Source: Nitrososphaerales archaeon (GTDB lineage: Archaea; Thermoproteota; Nitrososphaeria; Conexivisphaerales; UBA164). From it: 42,217 bases of DNA. The stretch lies in the NCBI GenBank assembly GCA_023256405.1, contig JAGDXK010000010.1, positions 12,250 to 54,466 of the forward strand, read 5' to 3'. The notes beneath the pieces were generated by a model, which was not told the origin of the DNA, did not search any database, and saw only the letters and a program-made list of their open reading frames with translations. Positions 36,616 to 42,217 of this stretch are shown here, piece by piece; the stretch's first letter is position 1, and each line of letters begins with the position of its first letter. The position numbers and the translations under genes are program-made.

Positions 36616-38148
36616 TTACTTTCTGAGAAGCGTTGGTATGCTGAAGATCACCGCTATTAGCAGGTTTATTGAAAGCGCGATCAGGCCTATCCAGATGAAG
36701 TATCCGCCCAGGTGGAAGAAGCTGGTCTGAAGCGCCTTGAATTTGTTGGCCACCTCTACGAGGTATATTCCGGATGCGATCCCCGCCAGAAGACCTGCTG
36801 TGAGGGCGTACCTGTTAAGTCTGTTAGTTATAAGGCCCAGAAAAACAGGGGGAAGCGTCTGGAGTATTATTATGCCTCCAAGAAGCTGCAGCTGAATAGC
36901 ATATGTCGCGGGAACTATGAACACAAAGCCAAGCGCTATGAACTTGAAAATCACTGATGCCCATTTGGATATTCTGGTTTCCGTCTCAGGCTTAATCTGA
37001 GGCCAGAAGGGCTTTATTATGTTTCTTGTAAGCAGGTTGGCCTGCGCGATAGCCATTATAGCGGCCGGCACCAGCCCTCCCACGAATATACCAAGAAGCA
37101 CAACCCCTGCAAGCCAGCCAGGCAGAGCTGTTACAGCCAGGGCCGGTATTGAATAGATACCTCTGCTTGAGAGTGGGAAGTTGCTGAGCAGCTTCATTGC
37201 AGCCTGATCCGAGTACACAAGCAGTCCAAGAAGCGCTAGCAGGGCCAGGCCAATCCCGTAGATAGGCAGGAGCGCATCGCTGAGGGCAAGCTCCTTCTTA
37301 CCTGAGGCGCTCAGCGAGCCGTTAATTGAATGCGGATAGAGGAAGAGCGCAAAGGTGCTCCCGATCCAGATCGTTGTGTACCCTGCCTCCAAGGCTGGAG
37401 ATGGTTTCATGTATTCAATTCCTGTTGAAAGCCAGGCTACGTGCTTGGCAGCAAGCGCAGCAGAAAAGCTCTGGGCAGCTGTGAAAGCTGATGAAAAACC
37501 TCCAAACTCGATGGGCACTACAACTATGAGCGTAATCACCGAGAGGAAGATCAGTGCGTCCTTCATGACCGCTCCCAGCGTAACCCCTCTGAGGCCGCTT
37601 GTAAACGTGAAAGCAGCAAGAATTATGAAAGACACTGTGAGCGCTATATCTGTTACCAGCTTGACGTTGCTGGTGATTCCGAGGAGCATAATGCCAAGAA
37701 CAGCCTGCATCCCGATTATCTGGAGGGCTATATAGGGCAGCTCGGCTATGATTCCCGTAAGGGCAACTAGCGCTGCAAGGGTTTTGCTGGAGAACCTATC
37801 TTCAACCATGTCAGCAGCTGTTATGTAGCCCCTTTCTCTTGACCACTGCCAGAGCCTGGGCATCGTTACCATCGCAACCATGAACGTTGTCGCGACGTAT
37901 GGGACAGCAAAGAAGTAGAGAGCTCCTGAAGCGAAGATGCCAGACGGAACTGCTACGAAAGTGTAAGCTGTGTAAACATCAGCGCCTATCAGGAACCATG
38001 CAAGGAAAACTCCAAGTCTTCTGCCGGCCAGTGCCCATTCGTGCAGCTTAGAGAGGTCACCCCTTCTCCATCTTGCGCCATAGAAGCCAAGGAAGGTGAA
38101 GATAACAAAGAGGACTATGAACGTTGCCCATCCATCTATTCCTATCAA
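36616..38148 (-). CDS. Sodium/proton:solute symporter (MctP-like monocarboxylate permease)
   Basis: EWALAGRRLG...WFLIGADVYTAYTF, PYIALQ, SGLRG, KD, YPH and VPAAIM. Confidence 0.88.
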   Translation of the reverse strand: MIGIDGWATFIVLFVIFTFLGFYGARWRRGDLSKLHEWALAGRRLGVFLAWFLIGADVYTAYTFVAVPSGIFASGALYFFAVPYVATTFMVAMVTMPRLWQWSRERGYITAADMVEDRFSSKTLAALVALTGIIAELPYIALQIIGMQAVLGIMLLGITSNVKLVTDIALTVSFIILAAFTFTSGLRGVTLGAVMKDALIFLSVITLIVVVPIEFGGFSSAFTAAQSFSAALAAKHVAWLSTGIEYMKPSPALEAGYTTIWIGSTFALFLYPHSINGSLSASGKKELALSDALLPIYGIGLALLALLGLLVYSDQAAMKLLSNFPLSSRGIYSIPALAVTALPGWLAGVVLLGIFVGGLVPAAIMAIAQANLLTRNIIKPFWPQIKPETETRISKWASVIFKFIALGFVFIVPATYAIQLQLLGGIIILQTLPPVFLGLITNRLNRYALTAGLLAGIASGIYLVEVANKFKALQTSFFHLGGYFIWIGLIALSINLLIAVIFSIPTLLRK

Positions 38149-38369
38149 TTTTCGTCACCCCTGTAGATCAGAAGGGCGGCCACGACATACAGAATCGATG
38201 AAATTGCCAGCCACACTGTCTGGTACCAGTAAAAGTAGGTCACTCCAAAGAGCGTTGGCTCCGCTTTGTCATAGCTGCTTATCCAGAGATATGCAATCCA
38301 GGGTATTATCAGCAGAACAAAGGCAACGAGCTTCCTTGAGAGGTCCTTCTGCGATGCTTTTTCCTGCAT
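38145..38369 (-). CDS. DUF3311 small two-TM partner of the solute symporter
   Basis: YDKAEPTLFGVTYFYWYQTVW; overlaps the symporter start. Confidence 0.85.
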   Translation of the reverse strand: MQEKASQKDLSRKLVAFVLLIIPWIAYLWISSYDKAEPTLFGVTYFYWYQTVWLAISSILYVVAALLIYRGDEN

Positions 38370-38560
38370 GCATATGTTAATTTATCATCCTATATAAAAC
38401 TTTATACCTGCACGTCGTTTTTGTTCATTAACAAGGCGTTATTCCTTCGCAATTTTAAAAAAATATTAACTTTTTGACAGTTAAATCGTTAAATTCTACG
38501 CTTAAAGGAGACGCAAGCCGCCAGCAGGAGCATTTGGGGTCAGCTATCAGTGAAGACAGG

Positions 38561-39727
38561 TCAGCGCTGATATTTTTTGAATAGGAGGTAGAATCCATAT
38601 ACTGAGGCCGAGTACAGCGCTGCAGTAAAGAAGAACGGAAGGTTAAGGTATCCAAGCTGGATAAAGAATCCACTTATAAAAGGCCCGAACGATCTTGGCA
38701 GGGAGTCAAAGAAGTTTATTATAGACGAAGCAAGCGACCTTTCATCCTCAGGTATCAGCCTCATTATAAAGCTGTTCTGTATTGGCGCCGACATGTTCAT
38801 AAGAAGGCTTCTCAGCACGTAGAGAGCCCCCGCTAAATAATAAAACGGCATGAAAGGCATAGCTACCAGGATTAATATCGAGGCAGCTTCGGTGTAAACT
38901 ATTGTGCTTATTTCACCTATTCTAAGAGCCATGGATGGGGTTGCAAGGCTTGCGAGGGCCGTGAGAAATCCAGTAAGAGCGAACAGCGGTCCCAGAACGT
39001 TCACGTTAACACCATATCTAAGATAGAACCAGAGCGGGAATATTCTAACAAGAACCCCTGCCCCGAGACCTATCATGCCCAGAACCGAGAGCCTTGTAAC
39101 TATCTTCCTTGAAGCCCGTGGAAATATAGTTATTCTGTCCCTCTTTCCTCTGTACCTTTCGTTCACCATCACAAGCGGGACCAGCGATAGAAGCGAGCCG
39201 GCCGACGCCATGATAAAGAGAACCCTATAGGACTCGACAAGCGTCATGTGGAAGTAGCTCATTAGATAGGGAGGAATGGAACCCAGAAGCATTCCAGCGG
39301 ACGAGGCTATGCCGTTTGTGAAGCTTGAGAACGCAAAAACGTAGTTCCTGTTTGAGTCATCCGACTTCTCAGCCAGCAGTGCCATAAAGCTTGAGCCTGA
39401 GTTTGCAAAGGATATGCCCAGAAGGGTCACTGCAAGTAGCACCTCTGGCAGTCCGCTGAACACAGAAAGGATCGCATAAGCTGCAAACGAAAGGGCTCTG
39501 GCCTGCGCGATAAACCTCTTTCTACCGTAGGCGTCCGACAGAGCCCCAATGGGCATCATGAGAAGCGATCCGATTAACGTGTTAAAGGTGAGCACTATGC
39601 CTATCTGTATCGGCTGGTATCCTATCTCAGCAAGGTAGACCGGAAAGTCAACCCACATGAACCCCTGTGAAAGCGCAATTATTATTGAGGAATAGATGAG
39701 AAGGCGAGCCTCTTCTCCAATCTTCAA
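38561..39727 (-). CDS. MFS transporter
   Basis: GALSDAYGRKR (motif A), RSLLMNMSAP, about 12 TM helices. TTG start. Confidence 0.88.
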   Translation of the reverse strand: MKIGEEARLLIYSSIIIALSQGFMWVDFPVYLAEIGYQPIQIGIVLTFNTLIGSLLMMPIGALSDAYGRKRFIAQARALSFAAYAILSVFSGLPEVLLAVTLLGISFANSGSSFMALLAEKSDDSNRNYVFAFSSFTNGIASSAGMLLGSIPPYLMSYFHMTLVESYRVLFIMASAGSLLSLVPLVMVNERYRGKRDRITIFPRASRKIVTRLSVLGMIGLGAGVLVRIFPLWFYLRYGVNVNVLGPLFALTGFLTALASLATPSMALRIGEISTIVYTEAASILILVAMPFMPFYYLAGALYVLRSLLMNMSAPIQNSFIMRLIPEDERSLASSIINFFDSLPRSFGPFISGFFIQLGYLNLPFFFTAALYSASVYGFYLLFKKYQR

Positions 39728-39885
39728 TTTTTACAGCAAAAATAGAAATGCCACAGCTTAAAAAGCATGCCAAAGATTTGAGCAGGCCGCGTGGATCTTT
39801 TAAGCGGTTAAGACCCTAGAGAGTCTCAGACCGACAGAGCAGTTTTAGTTAAGAATTTAAATCCAGCTCAGTATTTAAAGCGTGA

Positions 39886-39961
39886 GGGGCCGTCGTCTAG
39901 CCTGGTCTAGGATGCCAGCCTGGGGCGCTGGCGGTCGTGGGTTCAAATCCCACCGGCCCCA
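39886..39961 (+). tRNA. tRNA-Pro(GGG), no intron, CCA not encoded
   Basis: Acceptor GGGGCCG/CGGCCCC, anticodon arm CCAGC-CTGGGGC-GCTGG, T arm GTGGG-TTCAAAT-CCCAC; TATA-like TTTAAAT about 25 nt upstream. Confidence 0.95.
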
Positions 39962-40087
39962 TTTTAAAACTTATGATATTCAGGCTGTGGCAGGCATTCG
40001 GTGTTATTTATGCATGAAAACGCGGAGCCGCTTTTTCAGTTCGTTGTCAAAAACGCTTAAATACGATAACAATGTAATTTTTTTGGG

Positions 40088-40504
40088 TTGTCGTCTATAG
40101 TTGAGAAGAGGTTTATAGAGGAGCTTGCCTCCTTTCTTAACAAAAGGGTAAAGGTAGTAACTGATGAAGGGGAGATAGAGGGAACCCTTTTAGCTGTTGA
40201 TCCGGCGTTAAACGTCGTGCTGGAGGTCAAGGGCGAAACAACAACGAGGGTAATCTACTCATCTAAAATGATCAGGAGGATTATGCTGCTGGAGGAGCTG
40301 TTTGACCTTAAGGCTCTTGCGGACAGGCTTAACAAGGTCTTCCCGAACATGGTCAAGCTAAGGGAGGACATAGGGGCCATAATAGTCATGGACAAGATCA
40401 AGATAACAAAGAGCGGCGTCGTCGAGGGAACAGGCCCTTCGGCAGAAAAAGCAAAGCAGGTTTACGAGGCCTACCTTCAGGAGCTCAAGTCAAAGAAGGA
40501 GTGA
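40088..40504 (+). CDS. Lsm/Sm-like protein with C-terminal domain (SmAP3 type)
   Basis: Sm1 motif EGTLLAVDPALNVVL and C-terminal FDLKALADRL...FPNMVK...GVVEGTGP. Confidence 0.85.
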   Translation: MSSIVEKRFIEELASFLNKRVKVVTDEGEIEGTLLAVDPALNVVLEVKGETTTRVIYSSKMIRRIMLLEELFDLKALADRLNKVFPNMVKLREDIGAIIVMDKIKITKSGVVEGTGPSAEKAKQVYEAYLQELKSKKE

Positions 40505-40508
40505 GCGC

Positions 40509-41702
40509 TCAGAAAAGTATGTCCTCTATTTCCCAGGGCACCCTAAACTGCAGTATCCTCTTGTTCTCCCCCTCAATTTTAGCCACGGTCTCCAGGTTCT
40601 TTCCCTGCGTCACAAGGTAGGCGCTCATAAGAAGGAACCACGGGGACGTGGGAACTTCCGACGATCCATCCAGCTCGAGCGTTATCATCTTTGTGGTTTC
40701 ATCGTACTTTACATCACCCCCCTCAAGGTCGTTCTTTATGAGCTCTATGAAGGCCGGAAGAGCCACCCGGACATCCGCATCAAACAGGTTGGTGTTGGCC
40801 CTGTAGTACTCGAGCATCTTGTAGGATATTCTCTTTAGATCCTCGTCTCCGAGCGTCTGAAGCGCGCTGCTGAAGAAGACCCTGTATATCTGTCCATCAT
40901 CCCCCTTCAGGCTTATCAGGTCGTCCGAGAGCCCAGAGTGCATGAACTTGATGTACTCCCTTAGATCAAGGGATCCCTCAAAGCTTCTGTTGAGAAAGCT
41001 ATCAGTTATTAGCTTGACGATGTACGGTTGCATTATTACCGTCGAGGCGCCGGTTTCGGGGTTATGAATTAAAAACACCTCTTCGTCCGCCGCAATCATT
41101 CCCTTTCCGTCGGGAACCTTTCCAACCCTGACCGGTATGTCCAGGGACGCCGCTTCGTTTATCATGTCCTCGTCGCTGTAAGGCAGAAGAACCCTGACCT
41201 TCACGTCAGATAACATCATGGACATGAGCTGCTTTTCGTGCTTCTTCAGAAGCTGAAATATCTGCTGATCTGCTGCCACGTAGAACGTGTACTTTGTTCT
41301 CTTCATGAAATCCCCAAAGACGCTCTCAAGCGCCTCCTCCCCGAGTATCTGCAGGTTGCCCTTGAGCTGGGTTATTCCGTTCTTCTGGCTGAGGTACTTT
41401 ATCTCGTTAATAAGGCCCTTAATCTCCTTGTACTTCCTCTCCTCCTCCACCAGCAGAGCTTCCAGGGGCTCCGGGTTGGAGACGGCCGAAAACTTCTTGG
41501 GGCTTCCGTAGGCCTCTATAAGCTGCTTCTTTGAAAGGCCCTTAATGGCCTCATAGATCTTGGTCCTGGGAACCCCCGAGAAAAGGGCAAGTTCGCTGGC
41601 GTACAGCGGGCCCTTGACCAGCAGAGTTGCGTATACCCTCGCCTCATAATCCGTTAGACCAAGCTCCTTGAGCTTTGACACCAGCTTTATGTACTCTGAC
41701 AT
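40509..41702 (-). CDS. TrmB-family transcriptional regulator with extended C-terminal domains
   Basis: LGLTDYEARVYATLL...SGVPRTKIYE winged HTH, followed by a coiled segment and an effector-like domain (DVKVRVLL). Confidence 0.88.
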   Translation of the reverse strand: MSEYIKLVSKLKELGLTDYEARVYATLLVKGPLYASELALFSGVPRTKIYEAIKGLSKKQLIEAYGSPKKFSAVSNPEPLEALLVEEERKYKEIKGLINEIKYLSQKNGITQLKGNLQILGEEALESVFGDFMKRTKYTFYVAADQQIFQLLKKHEKQLMSMMLSDVKVRVLLPYSDEDMINEAASLDIPVRVGKVPDGKGMIAADEEVFLIHNPETGASTVIMQPYIVKLITDSFLNRSFEGSLDLREYIKFMHSGLSDDLISLKGDDGQIYRVFFSSALQTLGDEDLKRISYKMLEYYRANTNLFDADVRVALPAFIELIKNDLEGGDVKYDETTKMITLELDGSSEVPTSPWFLLMSAYLVTQGKNLETVAKIEGENKRILQFRVPWEIEDILF

Positions 41703-41858
41703 ATGATCTAGCTTGTCATCATCATGTAATATTAGAAAAGGATGAAAGCTTTTGACAATCTTCTCAAAAAATTGTCACCACGGGGTCCTGTACCTCTAGT
41801 GACATCAACATCCAGTTACAATAGGGTCATATTAAAAAGTCTCCAAGTAAATGCTGCA

Positions 41859-42217
41859 ATGAGCGAGTTTGCTAAAAGGTGGAATGCACCGGAAGGAGAA
41901 AGCCTTGGAGACAGGATCAAGGGAGCCGTAAGACCCGAGGGACCGCTCAAGCCAAGGATTGAGCAGGCAATAAGGCAGCTCCAGATACAGATAACCAAGC
42001 TCGACAACGCCGCTAACAGGCTGAAGGAGAAGGACAACCAGCTCTTCCAGAAGATAGTCAACTACCTCCAGAAGCACGACTCAGAGCACGCCACCGTGTA
42101 CGCGAACGAGCTGGCTGAGATCAGGAAGATGTACAAGATGATAAGCCAGGCAAAGCTGGCGCTCGAGCAGATAGTCACGAGGCTCTCGACTGTAACCGAC
42201 CTGGGCGACGTGGTGGT
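41859..42217 (+). CDS. ESCRT-III/Snf7 cell-division protein, CdvB1/CdvB2-like paralog, 3'-truncated and absent from the ORF track
   Basis: Manual translation gives MSEFAKRWNAPEGESLGDRIKGAVRPEGPLKPRIEQAIRQLQIQITKLD...YANELAEIRKM...LALEQIVTRLSTVTDLGDVV, open to the window end. ANELAEIRK and LEQ..RL.T..DLGD are typical of CdvB-family proteins. Confidence 0.88.
   Translation, partial: MSEFAKRWNAPEGESLGDRIKGAVRPEGPLKPRIEQAIRQLQIQITKLDNAANRLKEKDNQLFQKIVNYLQKHDSEHATVYANELAEIRKMYKMISQAKLALEQIVTRLSTVTDLGDVV

Noticed and set aside
39882..40100. 72-aa ORF
   Set aside because: It overlaps tRNA-Pro
41705..41730. ATGATGA on the minus strand resembling a C box of a C/D sRNA
   Set aside because: No suitably placed CTGA D box, and it lies in the trmB leader
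41816..42077. Two 81-aa minus-strand ORFs
   Set aside because: They are antisense shadows of the CdvB-like gene
1..42217. CRISPR array, integrase/provirus at the three tRNAs, or tRNA introns
   Set aside because: No regularly spaced repeats, no integrase ORF, no duplicated tRNA 3' ends seen, and all three tRNAs fold without introns

Overview
Archaeal chromosomal window from a TACK lineage. It has archaeal tRNAs, BRE/TATA promoters about 25 nt before starts, rpoL-tfs, an SmAP3-type Lsm and an ESCRT-III gene. The ESCRT-III protein resembles thaumarchaeal ones, which hints at a basal, heterotrophic Nitrososphaeria-like organism (inference only). In order, the window holds: the 3' part of hel308; an AsnB-C-terminal-like protein; tRNA-iMet; a metallophosphoesterase plus nucleotidyltransferase operon; three APC permeases and a class V aminotransferase; PaaI, DUF998 and UPF0282 genes; tRNA-Val; ctaB; DUF4382; AIM24; an OFA-type MFS transporter; a large malate synthase; a second class V aminotransferase; a fatty-acyl beta-oxidation cluster (SCP2, HAD-ECH, thiolase, two ACADs, etfB/etfA, a FadF-like Fe-S membrane oxidoreductase, SDR, acyl-CoA ligase); a YeeE/YedE fusion; rpoL-tfs; GGT; DUF3311 plus a solute symporter; an MFS transporter; tRNA-Pro; Lsm; a TrmB regulator; and a partial cdvB paralog missing from the ORF track. 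Five signals stand out. (1) Tiny protein-less IS200/IS605-type elements sit in intergenic DNA (TTAC target, AAAG/GANC guides, hairpins, TCAG ends), including a 149-bp complete copy with a candidate TnpB guide-RNA scaffold and a 42-bp single-hairpin copy. (2) Two adjacent acyl-CoA dehydrogenases show complementary motif losses, suggesting an obligate heteromeric ACAD. (3) An uncharacterised nucleotidyltransferase/phosphoesterase pair faces an amino-acid permease. (4) etfB and etfA are convergent and overlap tail to tail. (5) A TrmB regulator is divergent from the ESCRT-III gene across repeated TGACA/TGTCA sites. All calls come from motif recognition by eye; no searches were run.
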